Assembly: GCA_965219385.1 (NCBI GenBank)
Contig: CBDCNM010000002.1
Location: forward strand, 2,536,936-2,600,935
Direction: 5' to 3'
Length of the DNA: 64,000 nucleotides
Origin: Candidatus Latescibacterota bacterium
GTDB lineage: Bacteria > Latescibacterota > UBA2968 > UBA8231
Program-made: the position numbers and the translations under genes
The notes under the pieces: generated by a model
Told to the model about the DNA's origin: nothing
What the model saw: the letters and a program-made list of their open reading frames with translations, nothing else
The model's database searches: none
Shown: piece by piece, positions 38,603-48,649 of the stretch
Numbering within the stretch: the first letter of the stretch is position 1
How the letters are laid out: every line of letters begins with the position of its first letter

Positions 38603-40300
38603 CTACTCCTGCAAACGCGCTACTTGCCGGCGGATCGCCGCCGCCATATCAGGACGCAGTTGCGCTGCTTGTGCAAAATGTTCCAGCGCCGCTGCATTTT
38701 CGCCGGCCATATGCAATGTCATGGCTAGGTTGAAATGCGCGTCGGCATATCCGGGCCGGTCTTCCAGCGCCCGGCGAAAATGCCCCGCCGCCTCAGCGAA
38801 GCGCCGGCGGGTGCTCAAGGCGATCCCCAAATTAACCCGCGCCTCAACGTACTCGGGAGCCAGGCGCAAGGCTTCTTCCAAATGGCTCAGGCTTTCTTCC
38901 GCCCGTCCCGTCCGCATATAAAACATCGCCAGGGTATGGTGGTTTTCGGCGTTTTGCGGATCAGCCTTGAGCATGGTCTCGTACCCGGCGGTTTCCTGAG
39001 CCAGCCACTTTCGCCCGTAGTCGCGGCGCAAAACCTGCAAGTCCTGCGCGTTCCGCGTTACCAACTGCAAGGTTAAATCGCCCATCTCGTCGCTTGACTG
39101 GAGGCCGTAGAAGACTTGGCGCGGCGGCTCGTGCGGATTGAAGATATTTTCGGAGGAATTATCGTAGACATATTCCATCACCAGGGTCGTGCCCTTGGGC
39201 AACGGGACCGGCCGGCGGTAGCGGTAATCGTCCTGCCAGTTGAAATCCCACGCATCGATACGGATCAGCCATACCTTCGAGCTGTCCGGCATAAGCGCAT
39301 AGGCGCCTACGGTTTTGCCCAGGTAATGGGCGTGCGGGTAAATGCCTACCACCTCCACCGCCACCGGCAGTTTATAGGTATCGCGTATGGCATAGGCCGG
39401 ACAGCCGGCTGGGATGACGATATCCTTGCGACCTAAGCGCAACAAGGCCGGGACGCGTTGGGGCGGTGTGTCGGTAAAATAAAAACCTACCCGCACGGTC
39501 AACGGCTCGGGGCGGCCGCTGGGCAGCATATGCAGTTGCAGCACCAAATCCGTACCCGGCGCTAAGGTCCAGGCCAGCTCGGGATCGCGGTACGGCCGCT
39601 TGCCCGGCGTCCACCCCAAAAAATGGCCGCCCGGCCTCTGCGCCTCGCCAAAGACCATACCGTCGAATCCGAGCCCAGGCTCGCGCATATCGTGCTTGCG
39701 CGCCGCACCCGAACGGTCGAACATCATCACCGCGTGGTGGATCACCGGGACGTTGTCGGCGCGGAACTCCACCGCTTCAACATAACGCTCCGCCTCCAGC
39801 GGAACCGGCAATACGAAATTGCGGAACACGTCGCCGCCGGCCGCCGGCAGCACATAGGGCTCCGGCATCTCAACGACCAGATCCGGTTGGCCCAGCTGCC
39901 ACTCGTCCGGCCATTGCGGCACGGGTGGCAACGCCGTTGGTTCCCCCTCCAGACTCCCCTGGTCCACCCAGCGCCCGATCAATTTGATCTCGGCGTCACT
40001 GAGCCGCCGCTCTCCGACAAACTCCCCGTACCCTGGCGCTGGTTTCCACGGCGGCATAAAACGGCTCTGTGTCACCTCGGCGATTTGGCTGGCCCGCTGC
40101 CGCACATCCTGATAATCCACCAGCGCGAACGGTCCCCAACCACCGGGTCGATGGCAGGTCGTACAATGCTCGAACACCAATGGCGCAATATCGCGACTGA
40201 ACGTCACCGGCCCCGGCAAATCGTTTTGGCCATCGCCACAGCCGACCATCCACCAAACTGCGCCCAATACCCCCCACGCCTTTAGCACGATTCTCTTCAT
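38603..40300 (-). CDS. c-type heme + copper type-II (PHM/DBH-like) monooxygenase + TPR protein, ~565 aa
   Basis: CTTCH heme motif, RFMPPWKP, VIHHAV, QLHM, YPHAHYLG, WDFNWQ, DEMG; C-terminal TPRs; MVG-C lipobox. Confidence 0.85.
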   Translation of the reverse strand: MKRIVLKAWGVLGAVWWMVGCGDGQNDLPGPVTFSRDIAPLVFEHCTTCHRPGGWGPFALVDYQDVRQRASQIAEVTQSRFMPPWKPAPGYGEFVGERRLSDAEIKLIGRWVDQGSLEGEPTALPPVPQWPDEWQLGQPDLVVEMPEPYVLPAAGGDVFRNFVLPVPLEAERYVEAVEFRADNVPVIHHAVMMFDRSGAARKHDMREPGLGFDGMVFGEAQRPGGHFLGWTPGKRPYRDPELAWTLAPGTDLVLQLHMLPSGRPEPLTVRVGFYFTDTPPQRVPALLRLGRKDIVIPAGCPAYAIRDTYKLPVAVEVVGIYPHAHYLGKTVGAYALMPDSSKVWLIRIDAWDFNWQDDYRYRRPVPLPKGTTLVMEYVYDNSSENIFNPHEPPRQVFYGLQSSDEMGDLTLQLVTRNAQDLQVLRRDYGRKWLAQETAGYETMLKADPQNAENHHTLAMFYMRTGRAEESLSHLEEALRLAPEYVEARVNLGIALSTRRRFAEAAGHFRRALEDRPGYADAHFNLAMTLHMAGENAAALEHFAQAAQLRPDMAAAIRRQVARLQE

Positions 40301-40875
40301 CTCTTCAAATCCGCGATAAAACAACCCACCGCCGGCGCCCACGCCATCTCCACTGGTTCGCCGGCCAGAACGGCTTTCAATACTTCCTCCACCTCATGGC
40401 GCTGCGCCTTGTTCCGCGCTTGGTCGAAATCAATATAACGGTCGTCGATACGCCCACTGTAAACCAACACGCCGTCCGCGTTGAACACCGCTGCCTGAGG
40501 CGTTACCTTGGCCCCTGTGCGATGCACCAGAACATGGTCGGGATCATGTGCCGCCGGCAGGGAATAGCCGTACTCGCGCAAATGCCGCCGGATCGATGCT
40601 GGCCCCTGGCCGGGATCTACATACACCAGCCAGAATGCGGCACCCTGTGGCATGAAACGCGCCGCCAGTCGTTGTACCTCCGGCGTATAGCGGTTGGAAA
40701 TCGGGCAATCTGAACGCACGAAGACAAGAACAGTGGCCGCCGCTTTCCCGGCCAACGGGTCCACCACCCCGCCGTCTAAATCATAGACATCCGTGCCGTT
40801 TCCTGAAGACCACAGCCAGAGCGTCAACCCGACGAGGCCGACCAGCAACCCTATCAATCCTGTTCTCATGTGCAT
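40297..40875 (-). CDS. redoxin (AhpC/TSA, thioredoxin-like) protein, 192 aa
   Basis: VFVRSDCPISNRY, KVTPQAAVF, YSGRIDD, AVGCFI; translationally coupled to the monooxygenase gene. Confidence 0.85.
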   Translation of the reverse strand: MHMRTGLIGLLVGLVGLTLWLWSSGNGTDVYDLDGGVVDPLAGKAAATVLVFVRSDCPISNRYTPEVQRLAARFMPQGAAFWLVYVDPGQGPASIRRHLREYGYSLPAAHDPDHVLVHRTGAKVTPQAAVFNADGVLVYSGRIDDRYIDFDQARNKAQRHEVEEVLKAVLAGEPVEMAWAPAVGCFIADLKR

Positions 40876-41129
40876 ACTATAAAAGTACGTCCCCTTGAGG
40901 GGCTGGGACCATTTGACGGCTATTTTAGAAGTCTGAGCAGGAAGGTGCGCGCGCGTTCGAACACCATATCAAAACACAACTGTCTGCTGCGCCGGCCTTC
41001 GATCGGGTCCGCCAGCAGACGCCGCACCTGAGCCCAGCGCGTGATCCCGCGGCCCGTTGACCCGGTACCAGCGCGGCCGAAAGAGCCGCAGGCAGCAGCT
41101 CCCCCTCGGGCTAGTCCCGCTCTTTCACC

Positions 41130-42251
41130 TCACTCGGGGAATAGTTCCCCCACCTCCAGCACCAGATCCCGATCGGCCCCGCCGTCCCGCTCGCGCAGAG
41201 TCAACTGACCTCCGGCATAGGTGATGCCTGCCACACCTCTATAATCCGAGGGGATCTCGCAGAGGAAATTGGCGTAGGACCTGGCCACGGTCTGACCGGC
41301 GTCGATGTACTCGAAGATCTCGCGGTCGAAGATTCGCCCTTTCGCCACCAGAATGGGGAAGGGCTGGTGCAGACCGGTGGTGCCGAATTCCAGGCCGCGG
41401 GCGTGGGGCTTGCCGTCATTTACGCTGCGCCAGGCGTCGAACCAGGCATAGTCCTCGCTCTTCCAGATATAGCCGATGAGCAGGCCCTGGGAGGCGTTGC
41501 CGGCCGTGACCCACCCGTACTCCTCGTCGATGACATAGGAGACGACGTTGGGGTGGGCGTCGTCGGTCAGGTGGCGCATATTCACTGGCTGGCCATCCCG
41601 GGTGAGGGCCTGGGGCCAGTGCACAGACGGTTCTTCGGGATGGGGCAGGGTGCCGCCCTGCATGAAGCCCTTGCGACCGTTGGCGTCCACCACCGTGCTC
41701 TCGTCCAGGAAAGGCGGGCCGATAGTGGGGTGCTGCACCATATTGTAGATGCGGCCCAGTTTATTCTTGTTGGTCACTTCCTCGCGCACCGTGAAAAAGG
41801 GGCGGTCGTCCGCCATTTTGATGAGGCGCCGGACCGCAAGGCCGGCCATCGGCAGCATGGCGGCCATTTCGGCGTGGATGAAACCCCTCTTCTTCTGGGC
41901 GTCCTGCACGACCTCCCACACGACCCGGGTGGCCTCCCCGTGCCAGCCCATGCCGTTGGCCCTCTCCGCTTCCGAGGCGGGGCCCCAGCGATCGAGGCAG
42001 AGGAAATGGCCCATGGCGCGCGGGTCGGTCGAGGGAGGATCGTTCGGGTTGGACCGCGAACCCCACTGCAGCGGGTTGAGACCGCCGTCTTTGAGGTGAA
42101 AGTCGGCTATGGAACCGCCGGCGATATCAACCATCAGTAGCGCCACCTCCCCTTCAAGTACAAGGGAACGGCGGCCGTCGACCATGGTCTCCGATCGGGC
42201 CAGAGCCGGAAGGAGCAGGAGCAGAGCTATAAGTGCGCCTGTTTTTCTCAT
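41130..42251 (-). CDS. exported hypothetical protein, possibly galactose-mutarotase-like fold, ~373 aa
   Basis: Signal peptide MRKTGALIALLLL; GHFLCLDRWG, WHGEA, VQHPTIG, GLEFGT. Confidence 0.7.
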   Translation of the reverse strand: MRKTGALIALLLLLPALARSETMVDGRRSLVLEGEVALLMVDIAGGSIADFHLKDGGLNPLQWGSRSNPNDPPSTDPRAMGHFLCLDRWGPASEAERANGMGWHGEATRVVWEVVQDAQKKRGFIHAEMAAMLPMAGLAVRRLIKMADDRPFFTVREEVTNKNKLGRIYNMVQHPTIGPPFLDESTVVDANGRKGFMQGGTLPHPEEPSVHWPQALTRDGQPVNMRHLTDDAHPNVVSYVIDEEYGWVTAGNASQGLLIGYIWKSEDYAWFDAWRSVNDGKPHARGLEFGTTGLHQPFPILVAKGRIFDREIFEYIDAGQTVARSYANFLCEIPSDYRGVAGITYAGGQLTLRERDGGADRDLVLEVGELFPE

Positions 42252-42467
42252 GTTGGGGAATTCTTCGATTGAGGGTGCGTTCACTTTGTGACACTCCGCC
42301 AGGGCTAAAGCCCGGTAGCTTGCGGCGGAGTAATCTATTAAAAACTAGACGCCGGGTAAAGTGGGCCTCTTGACAAAAGCAGTGGAGAGGACGAATTTTT
42401 AAAAATAGCCAACCCACTCGGCAAGTGATGGCCGAGTCTCGATACCCCAAGGACCGGGAGTAATGCC

Positions 42468-43175
42468 GTGAAGGGTGGATCTTTCACTGTGCTCTGTTCT
42501 GTCGTTTTGTGCGCTGCGCTAGCGCGAGTTGAAACAGAGTCTGCCCAGAGCGCTACCCCGAGCAGCGAAGAAATGGTATTCGTGGAGGACTTCGGCTTCC
42601 ACCTGGACAAGTGCGAGGTGACCAATGTGGCCTACGCCGATTTTCTCAGCGCGGAGGGCAACCAGAAGGAAGAAGGGGTATGGTGGTTGGAATTGACCAG
42701 CAAATACGCCCTCATTGACGAGCGGGACGGGCGCTTCGTCCCCCGGGAGGAATTCGCCCACCACCCGGTCGTCGAAGTTTCCTGGTACGGGGCCCGAGCC
42801 TACTGCCGGTGGGCCGGCAAGCGCCTGCCCACCGCAGCCGAGTGGATCCAGGCCTGCGCCGGGAAGGAGAGCCGTCGCTTTCCCTGGGGCGAACTATTCG
42901 AGCCGGGTCGGGCCAACATATACGGCGATAAGGACGGGTACCGCCGCACTGCGCCGGTGGGTAGTTTTCCCGCCGGCGCCAGTCCCTATGGCGCGCTGGA
43001 CATGGGCGGCAATGTCTGGGAGTGGACAGGCTCCGGGTCGGTAGAGCAGGCCCGTTTTCACGGCGGCTCCTGGGTCAACGGCCAGACCATGGCCCGCTGC
43101 GCGAACCAGACTGTCGTCATCGCCTCCCATTCCTATGTCAAAGGCAACAGCCTGGGATTCCGCTGCGCTCGGTGA
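42468..43175 (+). CDS. formylglycine-generating-enzyme (SUMF1/FGE-sulfatase) fold protein, 235 aa
   Basis: EVTN, HPVVEVSWYGA.AYC.W.GKRLPT.AEW, DMGGNVWEW, GGSW, LGFRCA; catalytic Cys pair of true FGE absent. Confidence 0.88.
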   Translation: MKGGSFTVLCSVVLCAALARVETESAQSATPSSEEMVFVEDFGFHLDKCEVTNVAYADFLSAEGNQKEEGVWWLELTSKYALIDERDGRFVPREEFAHHPVVEVSWYGARAYCRWAGKRLPTAAEWIQACAGKESRRFPWGELFEPGRANIYGDKDGYRRTAPVGSFPAGASPYGALDMGGNVWEWTGSGSVEQARFHGGSWVNGQTMARCANQTVVIASHSYVKGNSLGFRCAR

Positions 43176-43348
43176 TGGGTTGACCTAGTGCTGCGCGGCA
43201 GAAATAACTGCGGGGTTAGTCCGTCCGGGGGTGCCCGGCGGGCGCCTGGCCGGGGCCGGGCTGCGGGGCTCTCTTGGAAGGGGAGGCGTCCAGGCCTGCC
43301 TGGGGGAGGGGACGCCGGGTGGGCGGAGGGACGGCCGGTTTTGGCCAG

Positions 43349-44210
43349 GCGCCCGACCCGGATGATTCACCCGAAGACTGGTTCATAGAGATCGATCTGG
43401 GGCGGTCCGTGTCGCCCCGGCGCATAACCCTGGTCTTTGCCGAGGACGCCCCGCCTTTTGAGCTGTTCGATCTATCCTGTCCGGGGGCGAACCCCAGCTG
43501 GACCAGGTGGACAATCCAGCCGAAGGCTCCCTGGTCTACCGCATCCGCGAGCGCTTCAAGGAGAACGAGAAGCGCCGGGTGAGCTACGAACCCGGCGAGG
43601 GTTTCCAGTCGCCCTCGTCCCGCCGTTATCTGGAGCTGGACGTGCGCCTGATCAGCGACGCGCCGGATAGGGCGACCAGCCTGGATTGGATAGCGGTGGA
43701 GTTCACCCCGCCCCTGGCCACAAGGGCGGTTGGCGAGATCCATCCCATGGAGGTCAGGCCGGGAGAGCAGACCGAGTTTACCTATTTCCTGCGGCCCCAG
43801 GGGGTCAAGTCCGGTTTCGACCGCCTGGCGGTGGAGGCTTCCACCCCGGTGCGCTTCACCGAAGCCTACGTGAACGAGGAGAGCGTAGAGGTGCGGGTCG
43901 ATGCGCGCGAAACCGGCTTCCGGGCGACCTTTCCCCGGGCCATTCGCAGCAATCAATTGGTGGAGCTCCGCTTCGAGTCGGCGGACTTCCTCTAGTCCAC
44001 CCGCTTCGACCTGTTCCTCGAGGACAGCCGCCAGGACAGTATGGTGCGGCAGCAGGTGGATCCGAGGGACGCCAGCGAGCGGGTGGAGAGCAGCACCAAC
44101 GTGGTGCGACTACCGGTAGCCAACGACCTTTTCGCCAATTTCACCCTGGCCTCCCAGGTGCTCACGCCCAACGGCGACGGGGCCAACGACGACCTGAGGA
44201 TTGCCGTGGA
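43349..44210 (+). pseudogene. degraded discoidin-FlgD family gene
   Basis: APDPDDSPEDWFIEIDLG..., frameshift ~43475, in-frame deletion at SYEP|GEGFQSP (~43590), TAG at 43993, ends after LTPNGDGAND where it is fused to the next gene. Confidence 0.85.
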
Positions 44211-44235
44211 CGGTACCCCAAGGTGGACCAGGCTA

Positions 44236-45936
44236 TTGTGGCTTCGGTTCTTTCTTTTCCCCGCTTCTCACCTCGGTATAATACTTCTCGTCCCGCCTTT
44301 GTGGGGCCAGCCGCTTTTTGTCGATGCGACCGAAGAGGCTGGCCTGACGCTTGCCAACACCTTCGGCGGCGCAGATAAGCGCTACATCGTCGAATCCACC
44401 GGCAGCGGCGCAGCGTTTTTCGACGGCGACGACGACGGCGACCTGGACCTTTACATAGTGAACGGCTCCACCTTTGAGACCTATGCGAATAAGTCTGGCC
44501 CCGGCAACATGCTCTACCGAAACCAGGGAGATGGCTGGTTCGAGGAGGTGACGGGTGCCGGGGGTGCCAGCGACAGGGGCTGGGGCGGCGGCGTGGCAGT
44601 CGGCGACTTTGACAACGACGGGTACCGGGACCTCTACGTGACCAACTACGGCCCCAACGCGCTCTACCGCAACCGGGGAGACGGGACTTTCGCCCAGGCA
44701 AAGGCCGGGGTCACAGGAGCGGACTACAGCGTCAGCGCGGCGTTTTTCGACTACGACAGGGACGGCGACCTGGACCTCTACGTGGTCAACTATGTCGTCT
44801 TCGACCTGGGCGCGGTGCCGGCGGATGCTGCCGACGACGAGCCGTGCATCTACCTGGGAGGCATTCGGGTGTTCTGCGGTCCCCAGGGCATGGAAGGGGC
44901 AGGCGATGTTCTCTACCGCAACGACGGCGACGGGCTCTTCGCCGAGGTCACCCGGGATACCGGAGTGGAGGCGGCCGGCGACTACTACGGTCTGGGCGTG
45001 GTGCCGGCGGATTTCAACGACGACGGGTACATGGACCTTTTTGTGGCCAACGACCAGACCCCGAACGTGCTTTTCAAAAACAACGGCGACGGCCACTTCG
45101 CCGACGTGGCGCCTCTGGTCGGGGTGGCCTACAATGGCGACGGGCAGGAGGAGGCCAGCATGGGCGTGGACGCTGGCGACTACGACGGCGACGGGGACGT
45201 GGATTTCTACGTCAGCAATTTCTACCGCGAGAGCAATACCCTCTACCGCAACGACGGCGGAGACCGCTTCGCCGATGTCACGGAAACAGCCGGACTGGCT
45301 GCCCCTACCCTCGATTTCCTAGGCTGGGGCACCCAGTTCTTCGACTATGACAACGACGGAGACCTGGACCTTTTCGCGGCCAATGGCCACGTGTACCCCC
45401 AGGTCGAGGGGACCGGGGCGGATATCGCCTACGCCCAGTCCAACCAGCTCTTCGCCAACGCGGGGGAGGGACGGTTCGTCGAAGTGACGCATAAGGCCGG
45501 TCCGGGGATGCAAATTGTCAAGGCGAGCCGGGGAACCTGCATAGGGGATTACGACAACGACGGTGATATCGACGTTTTCGTGGTCGAGCTGAACGACGTT
45601 CCGACCCTGCTGCGCAACGACGGGGGCAACCAGCGGAACGGGCTGATGGTGCAGGTTGTGGGGGAAGGGAGTAATCGGGATGGGGTAGGCGCGAAGATTC
45701 GGGTGTCCGCCGAGTCCGGCTCTCAGTGGCGCACCGTAAACGGGGCTTCCGGTTATCTGGGCCACAGCGATATCCGCGCCCATTTCGGACTCGGGCAGGA
45801 GCGGCAGGTAGACGTCGAAATCACCTGGTCGGATGGGGAGAAGGAATGGATCCGGGGTATAGCGGCCAATAGATGGGTGATGGTCCGCCAGGGGCAAGGG
45901 TACGCGGTGCGGAATTTGCCGAAACATGCCCGATAA
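44236..45936 (+). CDS. CRTAC1/ASPIC-UnbV family FG-GAP protein, ~566 aa (start uncertain)
   Basis: Signal-like segment then FVDATEEAGL, DxDxDG repeats, GYLGHSD.RAHFGLG; upstream part of ORF 44041 belongs to the pseudogene. Confidence 0.85.
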   Translation: MWLRFFLFPASHLGIILLVPPLWGQPLFVDATEEAGLTLANTFGGADKRYIVESTGSGAAFFDGDDDGDLDLYIVNGSTFETYANKSGPGNMLYRNQGDGWFEEVTGAGGASDRGWGGGVAVGDFDNDGYRDLYVTNYGPNALYRNRGDGTFAQAKAGVTGADYSVSAAFFDYDRDGDLDLYVVNYVVFDLGAVPADAADDEPCIYLGGIRVFCGPQGMEGAGDVLYRNDGDGLFAEVTRDTGVEAAGDYYGLGVVPADFNDDGYMDLFVANDQTPNVLFKNNGDGHFADVAPLVGVAYNGDGQEEASMGVDAGDYDGDGDVDFYVSNFYRESNTLYRNDGGDRFADVTETAGLAAPTLDFLGWGTQFFDYDNDGDLDLFAANGHVYPQVEGTGADIAYAQSNQLFANAGEGRFVEVTHKAGPGMQIVKASRGTCIGDYDNDGDIDVFVVELNDVPTLLRNDGGNQRNGLMVQVVGEGSNRDGVGAKIRVSAESGSQWRTVNGASGYLGHSDIRAHFGLGQERQVDVEITWSDGEKEWIRGIAANRWVMVRQGQGYAVRNLPKHAR

Positions 45937-46232
45937 ACCAAAACCCGCCGAAACCCCGAAAGCATTGATAAAACCACAGTTTCCCGCCGTCAAGTCAAGG
46001 GCTTGTCGTATGGTGTTCCCATGGTTAGGCAAGATTCTATTGCGGTTCGTGCGTCAACCCAATCTACCGACTGTTTTAACCCATGACAGCTTCTCTTCTT
46101 CGCACTCATGCCACTGAGGCGGATCTGTTGATGCGACCCTTCCAAAACAGTAGTTTATTAACAACCATTCGCCAAGGTACTCACTCAGCGAAAAGCCCTC
46201 AGTCGAACCGGTTTCGTACGCCAGGGAGTAAA

Positions 46233-48538
46233 ATGCGTCCTGCTCACTCTCGCCTCGTCCTCGCCCTCCTCGGATGGATCGCCTCGGTGGCGCTCCCTTC
46301 TCCTCTGGCAGCCGAACGCATGCTCATCCGCACCGCCGAAGACTGGCAGACCTGGACCTTTTCCCCGGGTGCGCTCCACGTAGAAGACGGCCGTCTGCGT
46401 CCCATATTCAACCGCAAAAACATCAACGCCGCTCTGGGGGGATTCATCCGCGGGGTCGGCACCAACCCAGCGGCTGCCGCCGCCGTCATCGACGGCGACC
46501 GGCAGAGCGGCTGGGCCCCCGATCCCGCCGACCCGGTGGAAGACTGGTGGATCGAAGTCGACCTGGGACAGGTCCTGCCCGTGCAGCAGATTCGCTTCTA
46601 CTTCGACGCAGAAACCGAGCCCTTCTCTTTCCTCAAAGTATCCCTGTCCAACGGCGAGCGCTTCATCAACAACGTCGGCGTCCGCGTCGAGGGCACCCTG
46701 CTCTTCAACGCCAGCAAACGCTTCTCTTTCAACGAGGATCATATCCTCAGCATACCCCTCGAAGACGAGCCGGTGCAGGTCATCCGCCTCGAAGCCAGTC
46801 GCCGCGTGACCCATTCCGTTCTCACCGAAGTAGAGGTAGACGCCTTCGGCGACAATGTTGCCTTCGACCTGATAGAGCGCGGCGGCAGCGTCGAGGTCGA
46901 AGCCGCGATCGTGACCCTGGCCGGCAGCCCCGCCAATATGTTCGACGGCGACCTGGCCAGCGCCTGGTGGGTGAATCCGCTGGCCAAGGGCTCTACCGGC
47001 GGGGGCGAGACCTTCGGAGATTACCGCATCGACCTGGGTGCCAGTTACTGGATCGATTCCATCTGGATCATGGGCGATCCCATCGGCATTCCCCCCGGGC
47101 GCAGGCACATCTACGCCAATTTTCTGTCCTACCAGATATTGTTTTCGGACGGGTCGCTCGCCCCCGACGGCACCCTGGCCTGGGAAGAGCTGGTCTCGGT
47201 GCCCGCCGATACGAAAAACCTGTTCGCCATCCACAATTTTCAGCACCACTTTGCGCCCGTGGCAGCGCGCTACCTCCGCCTCTTCTATCCCACCAGTCAG
47301 GGAGGTCAGATCCTCGGCGGCGGTTTGGGTGAGTACGGGCACTGGGACGGACTGGGACTGGTCGGCGAATTCCAGATCTTCGGAGTGGGCCACCCACCGC
47401 GCGTCATCCTGCGCTCCCCGGTCATCGACCTGGGCGCAGACTGGAATATCACCTCCCTGGAGTGGCGGGCCGACACCCCGCCCGGGACCCGCCTCCTCTT
47501 CCGCAGCCGTAGCGGCAACGAGGTCGTGGAGAAGACACGCTACTTCGACAAAAAGGGCAAGAAAGTCACTCAGAGGCGCTGGGAAAAGTTGATCAAATCC
47601 TTTCGAGGACCGGTGGTGACCACGCCCGTCGCCGGCGCTGACTGGAGTACGTGGGGCAAAGCGTATACCTTAGCAGGTACGGATTTTCGCTCGCCCTCGC
47701 CCCGGCGCTATTTCCAGCTGGAAGCCGAATTCCTCTCCTCCGATCCCCTGGCAGCTGCCACTCTGGAGGAGTTGATCGTCAACTATTCCCGGCCGCTTGT
47801 CCGCCAGGTCGTGGGCGAGATTTTCCCCCACCAGGTAGAGCCGGGCATAAAACAGGATTTCTCCTATTTTCTGCGCCCTGAGTTCATCCGCGACAACCTC
47901 GGTTTTGACCAAGTGGCGCTGGAGTCCTCGGTGCCTATGGACTTCGCCCAGGTGCGGGTCAATGATCGGGTCATAGAAGTGAGCCACCAGCAGACCGACG
48001 CGGGATTCCGCCTGAAATTTCCCGCCCTCATGGACGCCGCCGAACTCCTCGAAATTCGCTTCGGCGCCACTATTTTCCAGAACCACACCCGCTTCCGGGC
48101 CTTCCTGGAGAAGGAGAGCGGCGACGGCACCCTGCGCCAGCGGGTGGATCCGGGCGATGCCGTTCCCGACCTGGAAGGCGCCTCAGACGTGGTCACCCTG
48201 CCGCTCAACCGCGCCCTTTTCGCCCACCTCGAGATTACCCCCGAGGTCTTCACACCCAACGGCGACGGCCGCAACGATGTCCTGCGGATCTCCTTCGACG
48301 TCCTCAAACTGCTCAGCGCCCGGCCCGTCCGCGCCTGGATCTACGAGCTGCAGGGCCGCAAGGTGCGCCAACTGGCGGACGAGGCCAGCCTCGCCAGCCA
48401 TCGCGAATTGCGCTGGGACGGACGGGACGAGCACGGCGAGCTCGTGCCTCCGGGGCTTTACCTCTTCCACCTCGAGATAAGCGGCGATGCCACCACACCA
48501 CCCAGAACGTCGTCCGCACCATAGGTCTGAGCTACTGA
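46233..48538 (+). CDS. secreted double-discoidin + FlgD-Ig protein with frameshifted extreme C-terminus
   Basis: ATG 46233 after GGGAG; two IDG/FDG..W..DLG units; FTPNGDGRND...WDGRD..GELVPPGLY; current stop 48524, family-type ending TQNVVRTIGLSY* (stop 48538) lies in another frame because of a CACCA duplication at 48491-48500. Confidence 0.8.
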
Positions 48539-48649
48539 AGCAGCACTACCTCGTCCTGCACCTCCACGGCGATGTACAGGGCGTTCTCCCGGGCATTATC
48601 TCCTATCCGGAAAAACCCCTGAAAAGGTAGATCACAAACTGGAAAACGC

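Noticed and set aside
43302..43331. G-quadruplex-like G-run cluster
   Set aside because: Matches the pattern, but such runs are expected in very GC-rich degraded DNA and nothing supports a function.
43993..43995. In-frame TAG as pyrrolysine or stop-codon readthrough
   Set aside because: It lies in a gene with a frameshift and deletions; TAG is used as a normal stop elsewhere in the window.
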